64,000 bases of DNA, from contig JAWQFM010000002.1 of the NCBI GenBank assembly GCA_033442325.1, forward strand, positions 980,700 through 1,044,699, read 5' to 3'. Positions 51,775 through 64,000 of this stretch are shown piece by piece (positions within the stretch are counted from its first letter, which is position 1; every line of letters begins with the position of its first letter). The translations under genes and the position numbers were made by a program. The notes under the pieces are model-generated. The model ran no database searches and was not told the origin of the DNA. It worked only from the letters and a program-made list of their open reading frames with translations. The stretch is from Salpingoeca rosetta (taxonomy: Eukaryota; Protista; Choanoflagellata).

Positions 51775-54084
51775 ATCCTTGCCCTTTTTTCATCGTCTTG
51801 CCCTTGTGCTTGCCCTGGTTTGCGTGTTGTTGTGCAACACGACCGTGTACGCACCATGCTTCCCGCCACTCACCATCACGCACATGTGGCCACAGATTGA
51901 CGAGAGCCTGCCTGTTGGCGCGATTGTGCACAACGTGTGCCAACGCATCGGCATCCACAACCACGAGGAGTACTCGTTCATGCTGGACGAAAAGGCCGCT
52001 TCTCCACAGGACACCCGCCGCTCAAAGAAGGAAACCCTCGTCGACCTTCGCAAGCGCATGGCTGTACGTCTTTGTGCGTGCCTGTGTGTGTGTGTGTTTG
52101 AGTGTGTACGCGTGTGTGTGTGTGTGTCTTGTGTGTTTGTGTGTTTGTGTGTCTGTGTTGTGTGTGCGTGTGTGCGTGTGTGTACGTGTGTCTGTGTGCG
52201 CTTCATGATGTTGCTGCCATAAGGGCTGTGCGCTGCCCTGTTTCTTCTGTTCACCTGCCCGCCTTTGCGGACCGTCCCGGTGCACGCCAGTGCCTCACAT
52301 GTGCTTCCCTTGCTGCACACCACCACGCAACAAACACACACACACACACACACACGCAACACACACATACACATGAACGAATCTCACGCGCGGGTGTATC
52401 TACAGGACGATGAGAAGTGGCTGCAGCACGAGCTGACGCTGCGAGCGCAGGGCGTGATGCCGGACCAGGTCCTCGTCCTCCGTAAGAAGTTTTTCTTCTC
52501 CGATCAGGAAATCAACAGAGACGATCCTGTGCAAGTCAACCTCGTCTACGGACAGGTGTGTGTATGTGTGTGTGTTTGTGTGTATTTGTGTGTGTGTGTG
52601 TGTGTTCGTGTGTTCGTGTGTTCGTGTGTGTGTGTGTGTTTGTGTGTGTTGCAGTCGCTGTGGGTCGTCTCCTTGCTACTGTGCTTGTGCTTGTGCTTGT
52701 GCTGTGCTGTGAACTCTTTCGGTACTGTTAACACTGACGCTACCCATGCTGTTTTATTGTGCACTTCACAACCGTTCAGGCCAAGGACTCGATTGTCAAG
52801 GGCGAGCATCCCTGCACCCTCGACGAAGCCGTACAGGTCAGTCCCCCCCCCCGGGCACGTGTGAGGTTTGCATGTGTGTGTGTGCATGTGTGTGTGTGTG
52901 TATGTCTGTCTGTCTCTATCCGTCTGTCTGCTCCCATCTGTGTGCGAGTGCTGCACTCCGTCACCGACCGTGCTTGTGCCACTTAGTTCTGTATTCTTGC
53001 TCTGCTTTCACGCACGTTTACATTGACACCACTCCACTCCCTTGCTCTTCCTCCCTCTTCCCTTCTTCCCACTCAGTTTGCTGCCATGCAAGTGCACATT
53101 GAGCATGGTGACCACAACCCTGACCGCCACAAACCGGGCTACCTCGACGACCTGCGAGCCGTGCTCCCTGCGGAGTATGTCAAGGTCAAGGGCGTGGAGA
53201 AGAAAATCTACGCAGAGCACAAGAAGCTCGTTGGCCAGCCCGAGCTGAACATCAAGTTCAAATACACCACCATGTGCCGCGCCCTCAAGACATATGGCAT
53301 CACCTTCTTCAGCGTGCGGGAGAAAGTGAAGGGCAAGAACAAGCTCATCCCACGCCTTCTCGGCGTCACTCGCGAGAGCGTCATGCGCATGGACGAAAAG
53401 ACAAAGGAGGTGCGGCTGTGTGCTCGTGTGTATATGCGTTGTTTTGTGCGGTTGTATCTTTGCTTGTTCTTGTTCTTGTGTGTGTGTGTGTGTGTGCGTG
53501 TACGTGTGTGCATGTGTGTACGTGTGTGCATGTGTGTACGTGTTTTGTGCCTTTGTGTTCTTGTCCATGTGTTTGTATGTGTTGTTTTGTGCGGTTGTTT
53601 GTGTTCTTGTGTGTGTGTGTGTGTGTGGTTGTTTGTTGCGTGTTGCGCACTTTTAGGCGGTTGTGAATGTGTTCCAAGTTCACTGCTCGTCATATTCATT
53701 GGCACCATCACACCACCGCCGTCACCACGACCGCCACCCTCCCCTCCCCCAGGTGCTGAAGACATGGCCGCTGACGACGGTGAAGCGGTGGGTTGCATCA
53801 CCCAACAGCTTCACCCTCGACTTTGGCACGTACTCCGACTACTACTCTGTGCAGACGCTTGAGGGCGACAAGATCTCGCAGCTCATTGCGGGCTACATCG
53901 ACATCATCCTCAAGAAGCGCCGGCAACAGGACAGGCGGGAGTCTGCGTCCAGCATGGCAGCACAATCTGGAAACACAACCTCACAACTCGCCCGCGCCGA
54001 ACGCGTCAACCTCCGCGGCAGCAAGGCGACGCAGGTGGGCGTTCGTGTTTGCGTGCGTCTCTGTGCTTGCGCGCGTCTCTCTCT

Positions 54085-54132
<48 letters not shown>

Positions 54133-57100
54133 ATGGGTATGTGTGTATGCGTATGTGTGTATGCGTATGTGTGTATGCGTACGTGTGTGTGTGTCATGTT
54201 TGTCTGCCTCTGTGTTCAAACGCATGTGCAAGTGCGGTTTGCGTGCGAGTTCACGCGAGTTCGACTTGCAAATGACCACCACCCCCTCACCCATCATGCA
54301 CACACGCAAACACACCTGTCCCCTCTTCCACAGATGAACGTGCGTCAGTCCGCCTCGGGCCACGCTTCGGTTCGTTCCACCATGCCGTCGTCCTCTGTTC
54401 TCGTCCTTGTGCTTCTTTTCTTCTTTCTTCTTCTTCTTCTTATGCTCCACTTGCACAGCTTACCCACATGTCCACTTCGCTGCATGACTGTCCCACCGAC
54501 ACAAAACGCCGCAACACCGCCGCAACACCACCACAACACAACACAACACGCGATACAACACTCTCCCCCTCTCACACGCTTACACACACTGCCACGCTCA
54601 CACAACACACACACACACAACACACAACACACACGCATACTACCTGCCGAAACAGCTGCGTCCGCGCCTGCGCTCGTCGGCACAGGCACAGTCCACGCTT
54701 GCCAACCACATCTCGCGTGCCAACCGCGTGTTTGTGCTTGCAGGCAAGAAGATTGCGTCGCCCGCCACGCTGCCGCCGCTTGGCGAGTCCGCGTCCGCCC
54801 ACCGCTGGCGCGAGGAAAAGGACCTGCTCGCCCGGCAGAACGTCGCAGCCGAGGTTGCCGCCATCCTCTCTGCCACCGCCAACATTGTCACGCTCACAAC
54901 AGCCCGCAGCGACAACACCAAGGTCAACTTCACCGCCGTCGGCGCCAGCATCTCCACACTGGCGTCCAACATGCGGTCTGCCGCCGAGGACGTGGCCATG
55001 CTCATGGCCCTCAACCCGGTGCAGGCAGACAACTTCAAGTCGGCGCTGGAGCAGCTGTCATCGCACCTGCGCTCGTTTGTGGACACGGTGGCCCCGACAG
55101 AGCGCGGCATCATGAACCGCCAGAACATCCTCTCCTCTGCAAACCAGGTTGGCCAAAGCGGGTCGGCGCTGCTGTCCCTGGCCCAGGCGGCCGAGGTCTC
55201 CGACGAGAAGCAGAGCCACATCATGGGCCTCACCAAGGCCATTGCAAACGCCACCAGCGTGCTTGTGGACCGCGCAAAGACGGTGGCCGGCAAGTGCGAC
55301 GACGCCGTGCTGCAGAGCAGCGTCATCACCGCCGCCAAGACCACCGCTGTCGCCACAACGCAGCTGGGCACCTGCTCCAAGATGCTGGTGCCATCCATCC
55401 ACAGCGCGCTGTGCCAGGAGCAGCTGCAGGAGAGCGCCCGCGCCCTGGCCGCCTCTGTGGAGACGCTCGTCAGCGCGGCTCAGAACGCGTGTGCGGACGA
55501 GCAGGCCGTTGGCGAGCTCGCCCACGCCGCCACCGCCGTGTCCGACGCCCTCGGGCAGCTCATCCAGGGCATCAACGAAGTTGTTGTTGTCGTCGGCAAC
55601 ACCGCGTCGACCGGCGGCTCGCGCAGTCGTGCGGGCACGGCGTCCGGTGCCGCAACGGGCACGTACGCGACCCTGGGCGCAAGCGTGTCGCCCATGTTTG
55701 AGCGCGCGTGCGAGGAGATTCTGCAGTCTGCAGACGCCCTCCCGCGCCGGCTTGGCGACCCGCGGCAGATGGTGGCGACCGCAAAGCAGCTGGCCAAGGC
55801 CACGGCCGTGGTGGTGAGCGAGGTGAAGGCACGCGCCAACAGGGAGACAGACCCGACGAAGCAGCAAGAGCACCTCAAGACGGCCCGCCGCCTTGCCGAC
55901 GCCACAACGCGCCTGGTGGAGGCCACGAAGAAGGCGTCGCAGAACCCCAAGAGCAAGAAGGCGCAGCAGGCACTTCTGGACGCAGCGTCGAACCTGCGCG
56001 ACGTGACGAAAGCCACAGCCAGCGACGTCATTCTCAAGCGCGCCATCACGGGGCTGGTCACCAGCGCCAAGCAGTCTGCCGCCTCCGTCACCCAGCTCAT
56101 CAGCGCCGTGCACGCCACGGACGACCTCGTGCGGGAGTCGTCAACACGCGAGCGGCTGGCGGCGCAGTGCCAGCACATCCGCGGGCAGACGGCGCGCCTG
56201 ATCACGGCCATTCGCGGTGCCCGCCGCGACCCCATGAACGCTGCGGCGCAGATGGACCTGGTCAACAAGGCGCAGGACTTCCTGGCGCCGGCCAAGCGCC
56301 TTGCGGAGGCCGCCAGAAACGTCGCGCCCACGTTCACGGACGCCGCAGCCACCATGCAGGTGACAAACTGCGCACGCAGCGTCAACGCGGCCCTGGCAGA
56401 CCTCAAGTCGTCCATTGCGTCCACGGCCGACGCCTCGGACAGCCTTCAGTTGAGCCACGCCGTGGAGAGCGTACTCACGCTCGGCTCCTCGCTGGCCCAG
56501 CTGGACGCGATGGCGGAGCAAGGGCAGTTGGCGGCGATGCCTGGGGACGACCCTGCCGAGGCGGTGCGGCGCATCATGGCGTCCATCCACGCCGTCAAGA
56601 CCCGCATCAAGCAGTTCCAGGCCGCGGTGAAGCAGGGCAACGAGGACTTTGTCAACAAGTGCGCCAACGCCATGGCCAAGGCCCTCAAGGAGCTCACCGT
56701 GGCGGTGCAGGTGTTTGCAGCGAGCACACCGGCCTCTGAGCAGCAGCGCGCCATCCTCGCCCACGCCCGCGCGGTCATGCAGCAGGCGGCCCAGCTGCTG
56801 ATGGAAGGCCGCAAGCTCGTGAGCGGCGCAGAGGCCGGCAGTGGCGGCAAGATGTCGGCTGCGGCCATGGCGGAGGTGAAGGCTGCGAGCAAGCAGCTGT
56901 TGGAGAGCCTGTCGCAGCTGGCCTCGGACCTCCCGGGCCAGCGCAGTGCGCAGCAGTGCGCGCAGCAGGTGCACAAGCAGGCCAAGCCGCTGACACAGAG
57001 CAAGGGCTTCAGCGTGCAGGCGCAAGGCCCCGAAGTGTTCCAGCAGCACTCGGCCACCGTGATGTCCGCGGCCAATGCCTTGTCGCAGGTGGTGTCGGAG

Positions 57101-59297
57101 GTGTCTGACAAGGCCCTGCTGGGCGGGCCCGACGAGGTTGCCGCGGCATCGCAGCGCCTGGTGGAAGTGCACAAGTCGTTTGTGTCTGCGGGGCTCACCC
57201 TTGCCGGCGCGTGCGAGACGCAGGAGGACGCAAAGGACCTGCTGTCATTCCTGCAGAGCATCTCCACCAATGCGGAGAAGCTGCTGAAGCTTGGTGCTGC
57301 CACGGCCGTGGACCCGACAGACAACAGCCAGCGCAACCTCCTCTCCTCCGCCGTGCGTGGCATCTCTTCATCCATCAACAATCTTCTCACCGCGTGCACG
57401 CAGTCCGCCCCGGGCCAGAAGCAGTGTGACAAGGCCATTCGTACAGTGCAGGCCGCAGCGGCCTCGCTCGAGAGCCCAACATCCGCCATCAGCGCAAGCT
57501 CCTACTTTACCTGTGTTGACGACGTGCTGACCAAAACCAGAGTGCGTCAGTGCATGTTTGTTTGTTTGTATGCTTGTTTGTTTGTTTGTATGCTTGTTTG
57601 TTTGTATGCTTGTTTGTTTGGTTGGTTGGTTGGTTGTATGCTTGTTTGTTTGTTTGTATGCTTGTTTGGTTGGTTGTATGCTTGTTTGGTTGTATGCTTG
57701 TTTGTACGTGTTCTTCAGCTCGCTTCCCCTGCACGTGCCTTCTTTGCACACATTCGCGCACACACGCATGCATACTTACTCACACACAACACGCACACAC
57801 TCACTCACACACTCACACACTCACACACTCGTTCTTGTCTTCTCTGTGCAGGACCTGGGCTCTGCACTGGCTGAGGTTGCGGGCCACTGCAAGAACCGTG
57901 ACACAGACCGCTTCAACTCTGCACTGCAGCACGCCACAGATGCCGTCGTCGGTCTCTGCGAGGACGCTGCACAGGCAGCATACCTGGTTGCCGTGTCTGA
58001 TGTGTCCTCCTCTGGTGGCTCTGGCGGTGGGGCGCTGGACCAGGCGGGCGTGATTCGTTCCAAGGAAGCAATCGAGCACGCGTGCGCAACGCTGGTGAGC
58101 TGCACGTCGTCCCAGCAGGAGGTGATGGCGGCGGCAAAGCGCATCGCCACAGATACAACGAGCCTGTGCCACCTGTGCCGTGCGGCGGCGGAGCAGACAA
58201 CCAACCCAGTTGTCTCGCAGCAGCTGGTCGAGGTGTCCACGGCCATCTCCGGCGCCACACGCGACGTGATTGCCAACGCAAAGCAGCTGGCCTCGTCCAT
58301 GACCCCCGAGGCGCGCGCTGCGTGCCAAGAGAGCTCGGCACAGCTGAACGAGGTGGTGGATCAGCTGCTTCAGCTGGCCACCGACGCGGACGCGGATGCG
58401 AGCGGTGCCGGTGCCGCCGCCTTCAGCGAAGAGGCGAAAGCGCGCCAGAAGCCGTTCTGCACCGCTGGGCGGGACGTGGCAGAGGCAAGCTGCAAGCTCA
58501 TCACCGCCGCCAAGAGCCTGATTGCCAACCCACGCGACCCGCCAAAGTGGGAGGAGCTGGGCCAGCACTCCAAGACAGTGTCGCAGTCTGTGCAGGCGCT
58601 CGTGTCCGCCATGCAGGACAACGCGCCCGGCCAGCGCGAGTGCGACAACACCGCCTACGAGATTGGGCAGCTGCTGCACGACCTGCAGGAGACGGAGTAC
58701 GCGTGCCAGAGCGGCACGCTGGAGGTGGCTGACGACGAGACGATGGGCGGTTTCCAGGAGGAGATTGTGGGCATGGCTGCGAACCTGCGCGAGGCGTGCG
58801 ACGCGCTCAAGACGGGCGGAACGAGCGACCCGGCGCGTCTGGCGCACGCAGCGGAGGCAACGCGCACCATCGCAGACTCGTTGCTCACGAGCATGATTGG
58901 CGCCATCTCGCACATCAAGGACAGCGAGGTGCAGCAGTCCGTGTGCGCGCAGGGCCGGACGTTGCTGGAGGGCGTGAGCCAGCTCGTGCACGCGGCACGC
59001 GACTGTGGCGGCAACCCGGATGAGAAGACGAAGCACCGCATTGTCGCACGCGCGCGTGAGAACCTGGACAAGGGCATCACAGAGTTCTGTAACACGATTG
59101 GGCAGCTCACCAACGAGACTGGCGTTGCTGCTGGCAACCTGAACAACATCAACCGCGCCCTGGACAAGCTGGAGCTCGGAGAAGCGGCCGAGTTCACCAC
59201 TGCGCAGAACTTTGTCGACTACCAGGACTCTGCCAACAAGCACACCCGCAAGATGGCCACAAAGGCACAGGTGTGTGTGTGTGTGTATGTGTGTGCT

Positions 59298-59332
<35 letters not shown>

Positions 59333-60648
59333 TGGCGCATCGCAGTTTGTGGTGGTGTGGTGGCGTTGTACTGGTTTTGTTCAAGTCGATCTTCGCGTTT
59401 TTTTCATGTTACTTGTTTGACTCATACTTCTCCTATCCCCCCCCCTTTTTTTTTGTTTCCCAAACCCACACAGGACATGTTGAGCAAGGCGCTTACGGAG
59501 CCGGAGGAGGTTCCTGCACTGGCCACCGATCTCACCAACCAGCTGCTCGCGCTCATCTCAGACACCACCGGTGCCCTCAAGGGCTTGCCGTCAGACAAGT
59601 TTGCCACACAGCTCAAGGGTGCCGTGCGTGATCTCGGTGTTGCCTGCAGCAACCTGGTCGGCTCCGCTGGGCTGCTGCAGCAGCGACCAACGGACCAGGT
59701 GGCGAAGCAGGAGGTGGCCGACAGCGCGCGCGAGGTGTCGCGTCAGGTGCAGAGCGTGGTTGCCCAGCTGCAGGCTGGTTCCCGCGGCACGCAGGCGTGC
59801 ATCGACGCGTGCGTCAAGGTCGAGGACACGGTCACAGACCTGGAGACAACGCTCATGTTTGCATCTGCGGGCTCGCTCATGCCGGACGCGCAGACGACGT
59901 TCACGGCGGAGCAGGGCCAGATCCGCGACAAGGCCAAGCAGCTTGTGGAGCAGACCAAGGCGCTTGTCACGGCAACGGCGGAGTCCCAGGACGACCTTGC
60001 TGCTGCTGCGGAGAAGCTCAACACCAACTTTGACGCACTCGTCGAGTCGCTGAAGCTTGGTGCAGCCTCGCTTGGGCCCGACCAGGTGGACGCCCAGGTG
60101 CTGCTGCTGAACGCTGCACGTGATGTGGGCGCAACGCTCGCTGAGCTCCTCACCACAACCAAGTCCGTCTCCGGCAACCCACACGATGTACGTTTGAATG
60201 AAGCAGAAGGACGGGGATAGTGGAGGGGAGGGGGCATGTTTTGTGGTGCGTACACGGGGGTGCTGTTGTTGAATTGCGTTTGTGCTGCTCAAGATTTGCA
60301 CATGTGCCACTTGCATTAATTCACTGCGTGGCGGTGGCGGCTACTCACCAATGCATGCACACACGAATAGGATGCGGCTGTGAAGAAGCTGGGCGAGCAA
60401 GCGCGGACCATGGCCACGAACATCAGCGGGCTGCTGAAGACGGTATCTGGCATCGATGATGGTGCACAGCGCGTCACACAGGCCCTCGAGTCTGCAATGC
60501 AGGCCATTGAGCGGGAAGAAACGAGGTGCGGAATGTGTGTGTGTGTTGTTTAAGTTGTTGTTGTTTGTTGTTGTTGTTGTTGTTGTGTTTGTTGTTGTTT
60601 TTGTTTTTGTTGTTTGTTGTTGTTGTTGTTTGTTGTGTTTGTTGTTGT

Positions 60649-60703
<55 letters not shown>

Positions 60704-62038
60704 TGTCATTGTTGGTTGTTTGAACAAGGATGTGCGAAGTCATCGTGTATGTTTCGTGTTGTCATTGTCATGCATGGTTCGCCTCGGGCCGGATGTTTAT
60801 GAATGTGCTCACCCACTTCCCTGGCCTTCCACACCCCCACCCTCCCCACCCCCACCCTTTCCTTTCTGTACACACCGCGCAGCTCCAGCCTTGTTGATGA
60901 GGATGTGAAGGACGAGGATGCGGTGGGCAACCTGATTGCGGCATCGCGGCCCGTGACCTCGGCGGTGACCAAGCTGGTGACGGCCATGGGCTCTGGCCAG
61001 GTGGATCGCCTGACGGGCGCCGCGAACGACGTACGCAAGGCCGTGATTGACCTGATGAAGGCTGCCGAGGTGGCCAGCGTTGTGAGCGAGGCGTCCACAG
61101 GCCGGGACGAGGTGCAGTCTGCGAGCAAGGGGTGCGCTGCGGCTGTTCGCGGCCTGCTTGGCGTTGCCGCGTCGCTTGCGGGCCGCCCAGCGACTTCCGA
61201 CGCGAAGAAGCAGGCGCTCGAGTGGTCACGGCAAGTGGCGTCCAACCTGGCTGAGGTTGGCCAGGCCGCGCAGAACCTCAAGGGCGATGACTGGGTTGAC
61301 CCGACCGACCCCAACGTCGTTGCGGAACAGGAGCTGCTGACCGCTGCTGCCGCCATCGACTCTGCCGCGGACAAGCTCTCTGTGATGCAGCCCCGCGCGG
61401 AGGTGCAGGTGGAGGACCTTCCGTTTGAGGAGCAGATTCTCGGCGCCGCAAAGAGCATTGCCACCGCCACGTCGTCACTGGTCAAGGCCGCCAACGCCGC
61501 ACAGAAGGAGATGGCCGACACCATGCCGTTCTCTGGCGATTATTACAGTGAGGAGGCGCAGTGGTCAGCGAGCATGGTGTCTGCCGCCAAGCTGGTTGCG
61601 TTTGCCACGCAGAACCTGTGCGAGGCGGCCAACGCCACGGTGCAGGGCGGCTCTGCCGACGAGAAGCTGGTGGCGTCTGCGAAGAGCGTGGCCAACTCCA
61701 CTGCGCAGCTCATGCTTGCTTGCCGCGCAAAGATGGATGCGCAGTCGCCGACGGCCAAGCGGCTGCTGGCTGCCGGCTCCGCCGTCAAGAAGGCTGCAGA
61801 TCACTTGGTGGAGTCTGCCAAGACGGCGCTTGAGGAGGCGCAGGAGGCAGACATGTCCCTGGACGAGCGCCCCGTGCAGAGCATGCGCCAGGAGATTGAG
61901 GCTGTGGAGGCCGTGCTGAAGCAGGAGCGCGAACTGGAGGCTGCAAAGCGCAACCTGGCCAAGCTGCGCGCTACCAAGTACAAGAAGGGCAAATCCACCT
62001 GGGCCGCCTCCCTTCGCCTCTCCAAGCACATGGAGTGA
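50713..62038 (+). CDS. TLN: Talin (FERM F0-F3 head, R1-R13 rod, I/LWEQ, dimerisation helix), ~2500 aa
   Basis: Exons approx 50713-50775, 51028-51100, 51272-51369, 51580-51663, 51896-52062, 52405-52555, 52781-52836, 53077-53409, 53753-54034, 54334-~54373, 54744-57540, 57852-59270, 59474-60187, 60371-60525, 60883-62038 (TGA). Motifs: LRKKFFFSDQ..DPVQVNLVY, LKTYGITFFSVREKVKGKNKLIPRLLGVT, KRW..SFTLDFG, QLIAGYIDIILKK, APGQKQCD, GSRGTQACI, WVDPTDPNVVAEQELL, FEEQILGAAKSIA, ERELEAAKRNLAKLR. Confidence 0.97.
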
Positions 62039-62644
62039 TGGAGTGAGAGCGAGACGCAGCAGGCATGTGGTGGTGCCGCCGTGTGGTATGACTTGTCGTT
62101 TGCTCAGCGAGGTGGGTGTTGTTGGTGCACGTGTGACATGACAAGTTGTTTCTTTTGTGCGACCTTCTCAATACAGTTTTGGTTCTGTGGTTGATTCCCC
62201 GTGATGTTTGCGGTTGACTTGTGACTGTACTGAGCGCACTTTCGTTCTGTTGTTTGTTTACTCTCGTTTCGTTCGCTCCATAAATGCCGCGAAAGCCGAA
62301 ACGTCTCAAGTGTAAATCATGAACAGAGCAGTGGTCACAGACCAGACAAGATGTCAGGCAGCGAGCTGCACATGACAATTGGGCAAAGTCTTGGGCGGCA
62401 GCAAAAGTAAGCGTCGGTGCATTTGTTTCGTGGGCGCGTCAGCTTGACTTGATAGCGGTTTGTTGCGGCATGCCTATGAAGAGAAATGTGGGGATGCATG
62501 TAAGATTCATGAATGAGTGAATGAGAATGGCGGCAACGATGGAAGGGCACACAAGAAACATGGGGTTAGGGAGAGAATGGCAAAAGAGAGGTTTTGAGGG
62601 AAAAGGGAATTGGGAAAGAGGATTTTTTTTTCCTTCAAGGAATG

Positions 62645-63250
62645 TCATCCGCTTGCCACCCCAGCTTTCAGGGCCAATGAGGCCAAGTCAGCAACGGTCA
62701 TGGAAGTGCGGAAGCACCACTTGGCCATCTGGTCTGAAGACACCAAGTATTTTGTCTGCGATGGACTGGGTTTGAGCGCACATGATGGATGGAAGCAACA
62801 AGAGCCTTTTCTCCTCCATTGAAGGTGGATACTGGGGTCTGCCGCAACACGTGCGCCACGTACCAGCTTGACGAGGGTTAATGCAAACTTGGCGAGTTTG
62901 CCCCTGTCGCCATCGGGGTAAATGGAAGATTGGAAGAGAGGGGAGGATAGAGGGAGGGAAAGGGGGGGGGGGGGAGAAAAGGGTGGAAAGAAAGGGTGGA
63001 AAGAAAGGAAAAGAAGAGAAGACAAAGAAGCAGAGATATGCTTGCATCGAGCAGGGGAAGCGTACCGGTGACGTTTGCTTGAGGAGCGTCGTTGCCCCAG
63101 CTGGTGTCAAAGACGACCGTCAACTTGATTGAGGTGTTGGTTCGCACGATGGTCATGCCGGGCGTTCCAGATGCCGGGGAGCGGAGTGGTTTCCTTTGAA
63201 GAAGCGGGTGAAGGGGGGTCCTGGCTGGAGCCAGCCGGGCTGCATCTTAG
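62645..63250 (-). CDS. Possible 3' exons of an unidentified gene (weak)
   Basis: Coding-like stretches ~63250-63067 and ~62902-62645, separated by a pyrimidine-rich GT..AG segment on the - strand. No recognisable domain and the frame is unresolved. Confidence 0.2.
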
Positions 63251-63590
63251 CCAACCATAGTCGTCGTGGTCGTCAGGCGCAGCAGAAGAGAGAGCTTGAG
63301 AAAATGAACACGACCACGTGGGTCGCTGCACATGTGCCACTGAAAAAGACGACACAAAAGAAGCAGGCGGAAAAATCACGCAGGCAGAAATAACTGTGGT
63401 GGAGTAACGGCAGGCGTGTGCACGTGGCGATCAACGTGGCAAGTAAGCAAGCAAGGTAAAAAAATCGTGGGAAACGTCACATTCGATGTGGGCTGCTGTC
63501 AAATTTGACAACATCACTGTTTGTGCTGTCGCCTCATGGTTGCATCTCTTCATTAATTGTTGCTTGCGTTGCCCCTTGCTCGTGTTTGGG

Positions 63591-63635
<45 letters not shown>

Positions 63636-64000
63636 TGTGGTGTGCGTGTGTGTGTGTGTGTGCTTGTTTGTGTGCGTTGTGTGCCTTTCTCACCACCCAC
63701 CAACAAACAAACCCCACACGAAAACAGGAGGAGCTTGGTTGATGGATGGTTTGTCTGACACATACGACGCGCACGAAAAACAACAACAACAAAAGCCTGC
63801 ACAAGCAATGCTGCAAGGCGCAGCCACCAAACAGCAAAGAGGTATGCACGATCAAAAAACAAACACCACAAGTCCCCCTGGTCATATGGGTGTGATTGCG
63901 AAAATGCGTGTCGGAATGTGAATGAATGAGCGTATAGAATATCAGAGATGATGAGCCTGGTAGAATTGGCTATGTAAGAGTCTATCTGATTATCAAACAG

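Overview
Eukaryotic, intron-rich, GC-rich coding DNA with (TG)n/(CA)n-filled introns and three N gaps. Gene content and intron style suggest a choanoflagellate such as Salpingoeca rosetta (inference only). Most ORF-track entries are microsatellite or antisense artefacts, so I rebuilt spliced gene models by hand from GT-AG boundaries and reading phase. Nine genes are supported: MCM2 (-), myosin V (+), an 11-beta-HSD1-like SDR (-), Integrator subunit INTS4 (+), an uncharacterised DEP + PH/PTB-like protein with a Tyr-motif tail (-), a NEK8/9-like RCC1 kinase whose last micro-exon ends in a CaaX box (-), CWF19L2 (+), MCM10 (-) and a full-length talin (+). Eight of the nine sit in four head-to-head pairs. 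Most notable observations: (1) a polarised (UG)n-5'...(CA)n-3' intron architecture, including acceptors with no polypyrimidine tract; (2) the CaaX-terminated NEK-RCC1 kinase; (3) the DEP/PH-like docking protein with an in-frame TGA; (4) a frame break in the myosin V tail; (5) two replication-gene/actin-gene divergent pairs with E2F-like sites. Exon coordinates are manual and may be off by a few bases.
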